DNA from: Candidatus Dojkabacteria bacterium
GTDB lineage: Bacteria; Patescibacteriota; Dojkabacteria; J137
NCBI GenBank assembly: GCA_025999215.1
Contig: AP024679.1
Location: 633,924 to 697,923 of the forward strand
DNA: 64,000 nucleotides
Direction of reading: 5' to 3'
Below are positions 8,823 to 17,955 of this stretch, piece after piece. The position numbers were made by a program, and so were the translations under genes. The notes under the pieces were generated by a model. That model was not told the origin of the DNA. It saw only the letters and a list, made by a program, of their open reading frames with translations, and did no database searches. Every line of letters begins with the position of its first letter. Position 1 is the stretch's first letter.

Positions 8823-9928
8823 TCGATCTGCTTTCTCCATTGTTTAATTTCATCTTGATTTAAATACTCTCTAGCAGGATCAAGTATTTGATTTAGAGTT
8901 TTAGCTACAGCTTTTTTCAAATCAGCAGGGTGAAGTTTTTTTTCAATAAAATCATTCTGTAATGTTTGATAATCAAAATATTCAACATCACCTCCCCATT
9001 TTTCAGGTCTTTCTACTTTTAAAGTAAAATTCATAACATTAAAAATCAAATGTTCTACCCAATCTAAAATTGGATTTAATTGCACAACTCCCTCAGGGCA
9101 ATAAGCTTTATTAATTTTTCTGTTTACCTCGTCTTCTGTATCAGTCATAAAAATAGCGCTATCTGGTTTGCTTTTACTCATCTTAAGGTCAGTTCCAACA
9201 TTTGCAATTTCTATTTCATTTTGTTCAATCTTTTTCAAAAGTTCTGGATTTGGTGGTGTTAACCCCATCAATAAATGGTGATGAATTGCAATAGGCTTAA
9301 TTTTTTTATCGTCTAATTTCAAATTATTAAATTTAATTTTATCTGCAACGTCTATTGCAATAACATGAGCTTTTCTCTGATCCATTCCAGCATGCGCAAT
9401 ATTTATATTCATAAAAAAAATATCTGCAACCTGCATTGGTGGATATATAAGCTTCGCAAAATCAACACTCTCACCTTCTTTTCTTCCCATTATTGAAATA
9501 CTTCTCTGTATACGAGATAGAGTTGTATTTTTACTAACATCAACAACTGTAGCCCAATACATCATGTCCTGTGCTATTTCACTACCTGTTACAAACTCAA
9601 TTTTATCAACATCAGCACCCACAACCTTTGCACCCGCAATCATATTTGCCTTAAAAAATGGAATACCCACTTCTCTGATAAATTCTAAATCTCCCCCAAG
9701 TTTATTATTAATCCATGAATGCCAATCTGCCAAAAAGACTTTACAGTTTACTCCCAACGATTGCAATTCCTTGATTACTGCCATACTCATCACCGCTGAT
9801 CCAATATGAGGTTTTCCGGAAATCTCAAAACCGATGTAATGATTTATTGATTGATTGTTTTTAATAAGTTTAATTAGTGTCTCTTCTCCGATAATTTCTT
9901 CCGTAATTTCTTTTAATCTATTTAGCAT
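8804..9928 (-). CDS. tyrS: Tyrosine--tRNA ligase, class I, archaeal/eukaryotic-like type (TrpRS not fully excluded)
   Basis: HIGH-like motif (GKPHIGS), KMSKS motif, and a class Ic Rossmann core (FLADWHSWIN). Confidence 0.7.
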   Translation of the reverse strand: MLNRLKEITEEIIGEETLIKLIKNNQSINHYIGFEISGKPHIGSAVMSMAVIKELQSLGVNCKVFLADWHSWINNKLGGDLEFIREVGIPFFKANMIAGAKVVGADVDKIEFVTGSEIAQDMMYWATVVDVSKNTTLSRIQRSISIMGRKEGESVDFAKLIYPPMQVADIFFMNINIAHAGMDQRKAHVIAIDVADKIKFNNLKLDDKKIKPIAIHHHLLMGLTPPNPELLKKIEQNEIEIANVGTDLKMSKSKPDSAIFMTDTEDEVNRKINKAYCPEGVVQLNPILDWVEHLIFNVMNFTLKVERPEKWGGDVEYFDYQTLQNDFIEKKLHPADLKKAVAKTLNQILDPAREYLNQDEIKQWRKQIEEKVSR

Positions 9929-10004
9929 ATTGAATTTTTAATCTTTGTAATTTTAACTAACATTTTAATATATGTAAACTCTATAAAAAATGTAAAATAC
10001 TATA

Positions 10005-10598
10005 GTGTTAGAATTTGAACAATCATTTAAGTTTTATTCAAAAGACATTGAATTAATCAGTGGTGATAGATTATTTAGTGAAATAAATAGATTTGTAAAT
10101 ATAAATTTAAAAATCATTAAAAAAATTTTAGATGTTGAAGAAAATGAAATTTCAATTAGATTGTGGCCTCATCCATGGAGCGCAGTAACTTTTAAAAAAC
10201 AAACATTTTGCATCTTTTTACCTAAAAATCTCATCAATATAAACCCAAATAAAATTTTCTATTTTACTTCTCAAGAAGAAATATTAATTTTCATTGTATT
10301 TATGCTTGCTCATGAACTTTATCATGTACGACAAGTTGTAAAATATCCAAGTTTTTTTGACAGAAACCATTTAGATATAAGCAAAAACTCCTTTTTGCGA
10401 TTTTACCTTAATCCAACAAATTTCTATAAAACATTTAACGGTAAAATTGAAACCTCAGCAAACCTTTTTGCAATGAAATATATCCAACAAATTCAAGCAA
10501 AAAACCTATTCGGCTTATCAATTCCTGCAAGTAAGTTTTTAGAAAGAAAATTTATTCTTAATTTTATTATACTTGCAATTAATCTTGTTGAATTTTGA
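10005..10598 (+). CDS. Hypothetical protein with HExxH motif, possibly an ImmA/IrrE-like zinc metallopeptidase
   Basis: 197 aa; motif FMLAHELYHVRQ resembles the LAHELGH motif of M78/ImmA-family peptidases. Confidence 0.35.
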   Translation: MLEFEQSFKFYSKDIELISGDRLFSEINRFVNINLKIIKKILDVEENEISIRLWPHPWSAVTFKKQTFCIFLPKNLININPNKIFYFTSQEEILIFIVFMLAHELYHVRQVVKYPSFFDRNHLDISKNSFLRFYLNPTNFYKTFNGKIETSANLFAMKYIQQIQAKNLFGLSIPASKFLERKFILNFIILAINLVEF

Positions 10599-10759
10599 GG
10601 ATTATTTTTGTTTTTATTTTAAAAAATATCTTGGAATTGAAATCTTAGTAAATTTATAAAATGTTACGAAAACATTTTTGAAGTTTTAAAGCTAGCGAAT
10701 ACCTGAAACAAATCTAACTTTTAATTTTATTTGCATATTTCGTCCTGGGTCAACGCGAT

Positions 10760-10840
10760 TTATAAGGGCATGGACTCATCAGTCACAGATCCAATATGAG
10801 ATATTTTAAGAGTGAATACAGTCATGGAGCCATAAGCCAA
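10760..10840 (-). pseudogene. Degenerate fragment resembling the tyrS N-terminal region (gene remnant)
   Basis: Reverse complement reads SMTVFTLKISHIGSVTDESMPL*, compare tyrS FEISGKPHIGSAVMSMAV. It shares the nucleotide string gatccaatatgag with tyrS at 9797-9810. Confidence 0.3.
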
Positions 10841-11170
10841 GCTAGGCATCAAAAAGACTGTGTTCACTTTTTTAAAAAATTTTTAATCTAGAGAGATATT
10901 AAAAGAAATGAACACGAGCGGGGATATTTCGTTTTCCTTCCACCTGCACCAATCTTTGTTAAAATCGTATAAGGTACATCGGCTTTACGGGCAGGTTCGT
11001 CTTGAGATAAACCAAGACCAGTTCTTAACTTTTTGATTCTTTCTTAATTTATTGTCTTGTCTATCTTCCATATTTTGATATCATAAAATTATTGATATCT
11101 TCTTCTTTCATTATTATGCTAACAAATATAATAAAGACAAGCAAATTTTTACAACTCAAAGATGAGAAAA

Positions 11171-11244
11171 AGCCCGCTTTTGGCCTGCATGCTCCGCACG
11201 TAAAAGTAAAGAATATTTGAAGGGAAAATCGGCTGGCGAGCCCT
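11171..11244 (+). repeat. Copy A of an approximately 73-bp direct repeat (about 96% identical to copy B at 15238-15310)
   Basis: agcccgctttTggcctgcatgctccgcacgtaaaagtaaagaatatttgaagggaaaatcggctggcgagcc; the two copies differ by one inserted T and one G/C change. Confidence 0.8.
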
Positions 11245-11313
11245 TTTAAATTCCACCCAGAATGCCAATTGGCAGAAAGGACTGGACGCTTTTCGAACTT
11301 TCCCCTGGTTTGA

Positions 11314-11684
11314 TCATATCAAAAATACTGATGACTTCATCAAGGATTTAAATTCCCTACTTAGCTTTGCCTTTTCCACCGGATATTTCTTATCGTTTAT
11401 ATCAATCTTCTCATCAATTATCTCCAATAGATCTACGCCTGCTTCTTTGCACAATAGAAGAAGATAAATTCCTACATCTGCAAGCTCTTGTCTGAATTCT
11501 GCAACCTTATCTGGATTCTATAGAACTTTTTTAGATTCGTCTAAAACCTTCCAAATAAAGTATTCAATAACCTCAGAAGCTTCAAACGATAAAGCAATTG
11601 CTAGATTTTAGGATTGTGAAACTGCTCCCGATCTCTATCTGTTCTGAATTTTTCTATCTTCTCTACAATTTGTTGAATGTTCAT
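11314..11684 (-). pseudogene. MazG-like nucleotide pyrophosphohydrolase pseudogene (frameshift plus internal stop)
   Basis: Reverse-strand translation MNIQQIVEKIEKFRTDRDREQFHNPK / [frameshift] NLAIALSFEASEVIEYFIWKVLDESKKVL*NPDKVAEFRQELADVGIYLLLLCKEAGVDLLEIIDEKIDINDKKYPVEKAKL... matches the MazG/YpjD NTP-PPase family. Reading is interrupted by a frameshift and a TAG. Confidence 0.6.
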
Positions 11685-11743
11685 TTTAGTAATTTAAAAG
11701 TTAAGTTTTATTAACTCGGAATTTTAAGTATTAATATAATTTT

Positions 11744-12589
11744 CTAGCTTTTGTCTACTAAAGATCTCAAAAAGACTTTAGAAGTCTTGCTATGTATTAG
11801 TCTTGTTGGTCCTGTGGCAATCAATCTAATCTGATCATTACCATTATAACTTCCTTGTAAACTCTTTGTTCTTGCCTCGGTATAATCATACTCTGGTGAA
11901 TTATCTGAACGCATACTAATATATGCATCCTTCTGAAAAGTAACTATAATTCCTCTTTTATCTTTCATAAAGTGATGAATAACTCTTTCCATCCTTCTTT
12001 GATCAAAGTACTCAACCTGCGATAAGGCTTTACTACCAAATAAACGTCTTAAGCCATTTACTCCTGCCCATGGTTCAACACTTGGTGTACTAGGCATTGA
12101 GAAGTATGAAGCAAATCCAAGTAAGAAAGGAGACTCATACCTACCAGACCATAAGATCTCTTTTCTTTCATGACTTTTATCTAAATTGCTTGCTCCTGAT
12201 GAATCTGGTAATATAGCTACTCCAGTTTCTCTTAGAACCTTCCATACTCTGTGTTCTCTGCCATCTCCCTCAAATGAGAATATTGCCTTTTCTTTTACAG
12301 AGTGGGGGGCAGGATTACCAAAAACTAGCAATAAAGGAGTTCTTGAATCTTGTAGATTTGGAACTAACGATTGTGAGTAGTAGCTAAGAGTATCTCCTTC
12401 TTTAAAAAAAACATATTGATTAGAATCATCAGACTGATAGAATTCATTCCATCTTGTTTCGAACTGAGCTCTTTCTTCTCCTGCTGAATATAAAGCATTT
12501 AAGTTAATGGAAATTTTTTCTATACCTTTTTCTACAAGTTCAATTGAGAAGTTGCCGTCATTAAATTGTTCAACTAATTTATCATCCAT
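11744..12589 (-). CDS. Hypothetical protein; weak resemblance to uracil-DNA glycosylase superfamily motif A (LLLVFGNPAPHS)
   Basis: 281-aa intact ORF. The GxNPxP-like motif is the only recognisable feature. Confidence 0.35.
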   Translation of the reverse strand: MDDKLVEQFNDGNFSIELVEKGIEKISINLNALYSAGEERAQFETRWNEFYQSDDSNQYVFFKEGDTLSYYSQSLVPNLQDSRTPLLLVFGNPAPHSVKEKAIFSFEGDGREHRVWKVLRETGVAILPDSSGASNLDKSHERKEILWSGRYESPFLLGFASYFSMPSTPSVEPWAGVNGLRRLFGSKALSQVEYFDQRRMERVIHHFMKDKRGIIVTFQKDAYISMRSDNSPEYDYTEARTKSLQGSYNGNDQIRLIATGPTRLIHSKTSKVFLRSLVDKS

Positions 12590-12768
12590 AAATTCTTATT
12601 TATATGATTTTAAAAGCTTATCTATTATGTTCATGATCTCTATTTCGTCGTTAATATCTAGCTTATATTGTATTTCTTTTCTGGAAATCTCATTTAAACT
12701 TTCTTTTATTTCATCTGTATTTAATTGGTCGATTCTAATAAGGTGTAACGACTTGGTGTTATTTACAA

Positions 12769-13929
12769 TTACATTTTTAAGTCAATTCTGATACTGATTC
12801 CGAAAATATAGGTTTGTACAATCTTAGGATTGAGCATTTTGACGCACATATCAATTACATGGCGAGGGGTGAAGTATTGGCCCTTTTCGCCTTTTGATGA
12901 CTTATTGACCAAGTATTCAAAGGCTTCGTCAATAATTTGCAGATTGGAATTGAAAAGTTTTATATCCTGCAAGCTGGAAACGCTGACGGAAAGATGAGAG
13001 GGTGAAAGTTGAATAAGGCTTCCTTCATCAAAAACGCCCGGCCACTTGGCCTTGGCTTCATCAAAAAGTTTTTGTATTTTCTTTTTAAGTTCTGACTCTG
13101 ATTGTCCGGAGTTTCTAAATTCTAAAACCCTGAAATTGGAATCATCTATTTTTGCCAAAACTTCTTTTACCTTGTCATAATCTCCGCGATCTTCTTGGCT
13201 TAATTTGTCTTCAAGATAAATTTCCAGACGCATTTTGTCTTTTTTGCTCTGCAATTCATCGTAAAGTTTGGTGAAAATTAGTTTAAAAACTTCTTCAAAA
13301 ACATCCACGCCAGCGTTTGCTAAAACTTCATCTTCCATTTCCTGAATAATGGTTTTGAACGATTTTCCCTCGTTTGGGATTTTGTCTTTGATGATTAAGT
13401 CTTTGAGGGTGAATCTTTCTTTTAAAATATCGGAAAGCGTCTGATCGGCTTTGGGAATGTCGGTAATGTCTTCAAAATAGTTCGGATCTTTGCGGTGGTA
13501 ATGACTGATTTGTCCGCCGTTGGTCCAAACTGCAATTGGCGCGCCGGTGGCGTTGGTGTAGGAGCGGAGCTGATTCTTTCCGTCTTGGAGTTTTGACTTT
13601 TTTACTTCAACGATAATGTATTCAACTGTCGGGCGGTCTTTGTCGAAAATAACAATATCGGCGGATTTTACCTGTCTTCCAAAATGGATAGCGTGTTCAA
13701 ATTTGATTCTTTGTTTTGGGTAGCCATATTCTTCAATGAGTTTCATGGCGTAAAGCTGGCGGACGACTTCTTCGGATTTCAAAACAATTTCTTTATCACG
13801 GATAGCGCAAACAACATACGGCTTGCCATTTTTGAAAGTTATTTTACTTTCTAATTCATCAACCAGCTTTTGGTCAAAAATAGAAAAGCTGTAATTTGAA
13901 TCTTTGATAATGTTTAAAATGTTTTTCAT
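12769..13929 (-). pseudogene. Truncated N6-adenine DNA methyltransferase (HsdM/type IIG-like) with HSDR_N-like N-terminal domain
   Basis: N-terminal HSDR_N-like segment (ADIVIFDKDRPTVEYIIVEVKK). MTase motif X (GQYFTPRHVIDMCVKMLNP) is followed immediately by a stop. The downstream DPACGSGGFL and NPPF/Y motifs are absent. Locally higher GC than the surrounding genome. Confidence 0.65.
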
Positions 13930-14015
13930 AGTTTTAACTTTATTAAATCATCAACACTAGCTTCAAGCTCTTCTGTAGTCTTGGCTAATTTTTCGTAATA
14001 TGGTTTTTGCATATT

Positions 14016-14924
14016 TTATTTATTATAAGTATAACTTTGTTTAATAAGCTCGAAAACCTGGTCAATTTCTTCTTCTTTTTCGAGTTTCACTTCATAATCA
14101 CCATTGCCCCAATGTCCAACCTTTTTCGGTTTTGCAAGATCGCGAGCAATGCCGTGAGGATCATTGAGCTCGCCACTTGGTACATTGAGAAAAATTTTGA
14201 GGCCATATTTTTTTACAACAACATCAACAAAATTCGTCGATAGCTTGTAGGCGATATATTTTGCTTTCGGCTCAACGATAATGGATTCATCAAGCGCAAC
14301 AATTTTTTCATTGATTGCCTCAAAAATTTTCTTGGCTTTTGGGCTGATTCCGCCTAGATGGTCTTCGAGGGTGTATATGACTTTTTCCTTGATTACCTTT
14401 TCTTTCTTTTTTTTGTCAAAAACTTTCGCGGTTGAGATACGCACTTTTTGTTGTGTTTCCGGTTCAACTAAAAGAATGTTGTTTTGGTAAATGCGGAATT
14501 TCAAAAGCTCAATTTTGATAGGGAGCAATTCAGCAGTATCTAAATCAAATTTATTGTAGCTTTCGGCAACGCAGATAACTCGGGGGGAGGCCCAATCAAT
14601 ATCAACATTCACTTTTGCTTTTTGCACTAAAACTTCAAAATCGGCTTTGTGGTCCAAAAGCCATCGAAGATATGAGAGTCCTTGATTGATCACATTATCG
14701 TTTTGGTTTCTTTTGTACTCGATGATTACTGGTGAGCCGTTCTTGTCAATGCCGAGAGAATCAATCCGTCCCCCGAAACTCGTTGAGTATTCGCTAGTGA
14801 GAAATGTGATGTTCAAAATCTCATTTAGATTTTTTTCAAAAATTTTCTGTATATCTCTTTCTAACCCAACTTTGATCGGAGGAATTTTTCTTACTTTGCC
14901 GTTTTGTATTAAAAATAAGGCCAT
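14016..14924 (-). CDS. NucS/PD-(D/E)xK-like nuclease domain protein with DUF5655-like C-terminus
   Basis: Motif GGRIDSLGIDKNGSPVIIEYKR matches the PD-(D/E)xK core of NucS/DUF91-type nucleases. Higher-GC gene inside the island. Confidence 0.5.
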   Translation of the reverse strand: MALFLIQNGKVRKIPPIKVGLERDIQKIFEKNLNEILNITFLTSEYSTSFGGRIDSLGIDKNGSPVIIEYKRNQNDNVINQGLSYLRWLLDHKADFEVLVQKAKVNVDIDWASPRVICVAESYNKFDLDTAELLPIKIELLKFRIYQNNILLVEPETQQKVRISTAKVFDKKKKEKVIKEKVIYTLEDHLGGISPKAKKIFEAINEKIVALDESIIVEPKAKYIAYKLSTNFVDVVVKKYGLKIFLNVPSGELNDPHGIARDLAKPKKVGHWGNGDYEVKLEKEEEIDQVFELIKQSYTYNK

Positions 14925-14928
14925 AGTT

Positions 14929-15183
14929 TTATTTCACTAAATCATCTAAAAAAACGCCAAGACCCTTAGCAACTTTCGTTATTGTCTGCAAAGAGGGATT
15001 TTGAATAACATCACTCTCAATTTTAACTAAAGTCGTATAGGGAATATCTGCCTTTTTTGCCAAAGCGTCCTGCGTAATTTCTTTCTTTTTACGCCATGAT
15101 TTGATTTTTTGGTCTATTGTTTTGACTCGATTCATTTTCTTTCTTCCATATAATACTAGTATAAAGTTATTGGCATTTAGCAA
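14929..15183 (-). CDS. XRE-family helix-turn-helix transcriptional regulator, candidate controller (C) protein of the adjacent nuclease/methylase genes
   Basis: 84 aa with HTH_XRE signature (ITQDALAKKADIPYTTLVKIESDVIQNPSLQTITKVAKGLG). Confidence 0.7.
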   Translation of the reverse strand: MLNANNFILVLYGRKKMNRVKTIDQKIKSWRKKKEITQDALAKKADIPYTTLVKIESDVIQNPSLQTITKVAKGLGVFLDDLVK

Positions 15184-15237
15184 TCATCAATATTATGATA
15201 ACAAGTATGCTGGGATCAATCAAATTAAAAATTCGGG

Positions 15238-15310
15238 AAGCCCGCTTTGGGCCTGCATGCTCCGCACGTAAAAGTAAAGAATATTTGAAGGGAAAATCGG
15301 CTGGCGAGCC
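15238..15310 (+). repeat. Copy B of the approximately 73-bp direct repeat, immediately 3' of tRNA-Ser(GGA)
   Basis: Near-identical to 11171-11244. Contains a GCCC-GCTTT-GGGC hairpin that would serve as the tRNA terminator on the minus strand. Confidence 0.8.
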
Positions 15311-15329
15311 AACAAAGACATTTCCTAAC

Positions 15330-15419
15330 TGGCGGAGAGGACAGGATTCGAACCTGCGGTTCCGTTTCCGGAACACTGTCTCTCCAAGACAGCGCTTTCG
15401 ACCACTCAGCCACCTCTCC
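15330..15419 (-). tRNA. tRNA-Ser (anticodon GGA), CCA encoded
   Basis: The reverse complement folds as a class II tRNA with a long variable arm. Anticodon loop TTGGAGA, T-loop GGTTCGAATCC, acceptor GGAGAGG/CCTCTCC, 3' GCCA. Confidence 0.9.
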
Positions 15420-15453
15420 ATGTTAGAATATTATAACATTTATTTTCTAACAC

Positions 15454-15720
15454 ATGATTGATTTTATACCTCAAGCAACTCTAGATTACCACAAATTTGG
15501 TAAACTTTTGCCGTATGATATAGAAAAAATTCTTTTTGAATTTATTGAAGATAGCTATTATTCTAATTATCAAAAAATTTTAATTATCACAGGAAAAGGA
15601 AAAGTAGTTAGACCTCTGGTAAAAAGGCTATTGGCTCAAAATAAATTTGTTAGTAACTTCAAACAAGCTAGCTATTTTAATGGACAAAGTGGTGCCTTCG
15701 AAGTTACTCTCATATCATGA
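15454..15720 (+). CDS. Smr (small MutS-related) domain protein
   Basis: ILIITGKGKVVRPLVKRLL matches the Smr core (IIHGKGTG...RAV..WL). Confidence 0.6.
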   Translation: MIDFIPQATLDYHKFGKLLPYDIEKILFEFIEDSYYSNYQKILIITGKGKVVRPLVKRLLAQNKFVSNFKQASYFNGQSGAFEVTLIS

Positions 15721-15723
15721 AAT

Positions 15724-15999
15724 TTAAAGTCTGTTTTGCATTCTTTTATCAATTTTTTTGCTTAAATATTCAATAAGTTGCTCCATTCCTTTTTCTGATT
15801 CAGGATCTAGATCTAATTCATCAATTCCTGCTTTAAATTTATTTAAGGCCTCCTTTGCCAAAAAATAATCTGTTTGTGCTCTAACATCTGATGCATTTGC
15901 ATTCAATGCAAGCCCAACTATCGCCAAATTTTTAATTCTATTTTTTGTAGCTTCGTCGGGCATTCTTTTCGAGTTTTTAAAATTTGTTAGGTTATTCAT
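15724..15999 (-). CDS. Hypothetical protein (91 aa)
   Basis: ORF only; 4-nt overlap with the downstream SIMPL gene suggests co-transcription. Confidence 0.35.
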   Translation of the reverse strand: MNNLTNFKNSKRMPDEATKNRIKNLAIVGLALNANASDVRAQTDYFLAKEALNKFKAGIDELDLDPESEKGMEQLIEYLSKKIDKRMQNRL

Positions 16000-16787
16000 T
16001 TTATTTCATAGTAAATTGTTACGGTATAAGACAATTCTTCAAGACCCGTTGAAATTTCTAATTCGTTAGAGTTTGATTTGGTTTCTAATTCAGCTGATAA
16101 GTCACTCACACCTCTTTCCATCATCAAAGGATAAGGATATTGATAATTATCTGTTACAATGTTTGTTATTTTACCTAATTTCACTCCAATAGTTTGCTCA
16201 TATTTTTCCTTTTCTGCTTTAGCTTTTTCTATTGCTTCTAATTTAAGTTCTTCTAAAATTTCATCCCTATTTGAAATATCATAATAAATTCCATTAAGTT
16301 GATTAATTCCTAAATTTTGAGATTCGTTCAAAATTGCTCCAACTATATTTTGAGAACTAAAATCATCAAGCATTACTTCTATTTTTAAATTTGCAGATAA
16401 ATAGTATTCTGGTTTCTCCTTGGTTTCGATGTAGTAAAAATTTCTATTTTGTAAATTAAAGTTTTCAGTTTTAATTTTATTTTCATCTATTCCTAACTCA
16501 ACTAATTTTTGTTTGACGCTGCTAATAACTTTACTTGCTTCATCTTGCATAGCTACAGGATCAGATCCTTCTAGGTATAATCCCAAATTTACCACAACAA
16601 TATCTGGTTTTACTTCTCTTTTAGCTTTGGCTGTAATTGGAATAGTGTCTTGTGATGATTTATTTTTTAAGCCAGGTATAAAATTTGTGAGTAAAATCAC
16701 CAACACAAAAGCTAAACCTAGCGCAAAGGTTGTTTTGCTCGCAAACAACATAAATTCAATGATTGTTTGTTTTGTATTATTGGGCAT
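15996..16787 (-). CDS. SIMPL/DUF541-like periplasmic protein with N-terminal TM helix
   Basis: 263 aa with an N-terminal hydrophobic helix and SIMPL-like repeat architecture. Low-specificity call. Confidence 0.45.
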   Translation of the reverse strand: MPNNTKQTIIEFMLFASKTTFALGLAFVLVILLTNFIPGLKNKSSQDTIPITAKAKREVKPDIVVVNLGLYLEGSDPVAMQDEASKVISSVKQKLVELGIDENKIKTENFNLQNRNFYYIETKEKPEYYLSANLKIEVMLDDFSSQNIVGAILNESQNLGINQLNGIYYDISNRDEILEELKLEAIEKAKAEKEKYEQTIGVKLGKITNIVTDNYQYPYPLMMERGVSDLSAELETKSNSNELEISTGLEELSYTVTIYYEIK

Positions 16788-16914
16788 AATGAACTTCTAA
16801 AAAATATTTTGTTTACTTCATTCTAAATGTTATGTATAATTTTGCAAGTGTAAAAAAGTTTTTTCAAAAATTTTTGTAAAAGCATATTAAATTTTATTTT
16901 TTATTTTTTTAAAA

Positions 16915-17301
16915 ATGGCAAACGATACAAACAACAATGCAGCTAACAATTCACAGTCAGGTACTGGATTACAACCAAACATATCAGCAACTCTTTCTTA
17001 TCTGTTTGGTTTTGTAACTGGTTTAATATTTTTTCTGATTGAAAAAGATAATAAATTTGTAAAATTTCATGCAATGCAATCAACAATTACTTCATTGGGC
17101 TTTACTTTTGTTTACTTTTTCTTTATGATGTTTGCATTTGTTTTACCAAGTTTTTTATCACTTTTGATGTGGTGCTTAATTTCACTAATGGCTCTATCTT
17201 ATCTTGGTTTGATGATTTTCTTGATGTACAAAGCATATAGCAACGAAAAGTTTATGTTGCCATTGGTTGGAAGTCTAGCTGAAAAACTTAGCAATCAATA
17301 A
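16915..17301 (+). CDS. DUF4870-family small membrane protein
   Basis: Motif LSYLFGFVTGLIFFLIEKDNKFVKFHAMQS and multiple TM helices. Confidence 0.55.
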   Translation: MANDTNNNAANNSQSGTGLQPNISATLSYLFGFVTGLIFFLIEKDNKFVKFHAMQSTITSLGFTFVYFFFMMFAFVLPSFLSLLMWCLISLMALSYLGLMIFLMYKAYSNEKFMLPLVGSLAEKLSNQ

Positions 17302-17306
17302 AATAA

Positions 17307-17567
17307 ATGGAATTAGATTTTTATATAGGCTTTGTTGGCGCTATGGCGGTACTGGTGCCATTTGCGCTGATGAAGTTAAATGTTTGGAAAAGTAGTGATA
17401 TCTACTTTAATGTGTGTAATCTATTGGGATCAACTTTGTTGCTAGTATCAGCTTACTTAATTGATTCAATTCCTTTTGTACTTTTGAATTTGGTATGGCT
17501 TTTCTTCTCAGCAAGAGATGTAGCTAAATACTTTTTCAAGAAAATTTATCAGAGAAATGAAAAATAA
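17307..17567 (+). CDS. Small hypothetical membrane protein
   Basis: 86 aa with two predicted TM helices; it overlaps the umuD start. Confidence 0.4.
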   Translation: MELDFYIGFVGAMAVLVPFALMKLNVWKSSDIYFNVCNLLGSTLLLVSAYLIDSIPFVLLNLVWLFFSARDVAKYFFKKIYQRNEK

Positions 17568-17955
17568 AATCGTTTTGATTCCAATTGCAACCGAGAGTGT
17601 AAAGGCAGGCTTTCCATCGCCAGCAAGTGATTTTGTTGAAAAGTCTTTAGATTTGAATGAATTCTTGATAAATAATCCAGTATCAACTTTTTTTGTAAGA
17701 GTAAGTGGTGATTCCATGGAAGAATATAAGATTTTTGACGGAGATATTCTGATTATTGATCGTTCAATTAAACCTACAAACAATAAAATTGTATTGGCAA
17801 TGCTTGATGGAGAATTCACTGTTAAGAAAATCGTTATTAAAAATAGCGAGATTACTCTGCTCCCCGGAAATGCTAAGTATTCTCCAATAAAACCAAATTT
17901 AGAAAATTTTGAAGTATGGGGAGTTGTTACAGCAACTATTAGAAAATTCAAATGA
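17557..17955 (+). CDS. umuD: UmuD-like S24 peptidase (translesion polymerase accessory subunit)
   Basis: FPSPASDF...FFVRVSGDSM...FTVKKIV Ser/Lys dyad without an N-terminal HTH. Overlaps the umuC start by 4 nt. Confidence 0.8.
   Translation: MKNKIVLIPIATESVKAGFPSPASDFVEKSLDLNEFLINNPVSTFFVRVSGDSMEEYKIFDGDILIIDRSIKPTNNKIVLAMLDGEFTVKKIVIKNSEITLLPGNAKYSPIKPNLENFEVWGVVTATIRKFK

Noticed and set aside
8623-8853. 76-aa ORF on the minus strand
   Set aside because: Lies entirely over the consensus promoter and structured RNA at 8666-8822 and extends the tyrS frame past its stop. No coding features, so treated as spurious.
15167-15461. Three overlapping 62-88 aa ORFs (15167-15421 -, 15195-15461 +, 15225-15413 -)
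   Set aside because: They cover tRNA-Ser(GGA) and the 73-bp repeat, so they are artefacts of the ORF track.
17480-17560. LexA/SOS box upstream of umuD
   Set aside because: Neither CTGT-N8-ACAG nor GAAC-N4-GTTC type palindromes are present in the region examined.
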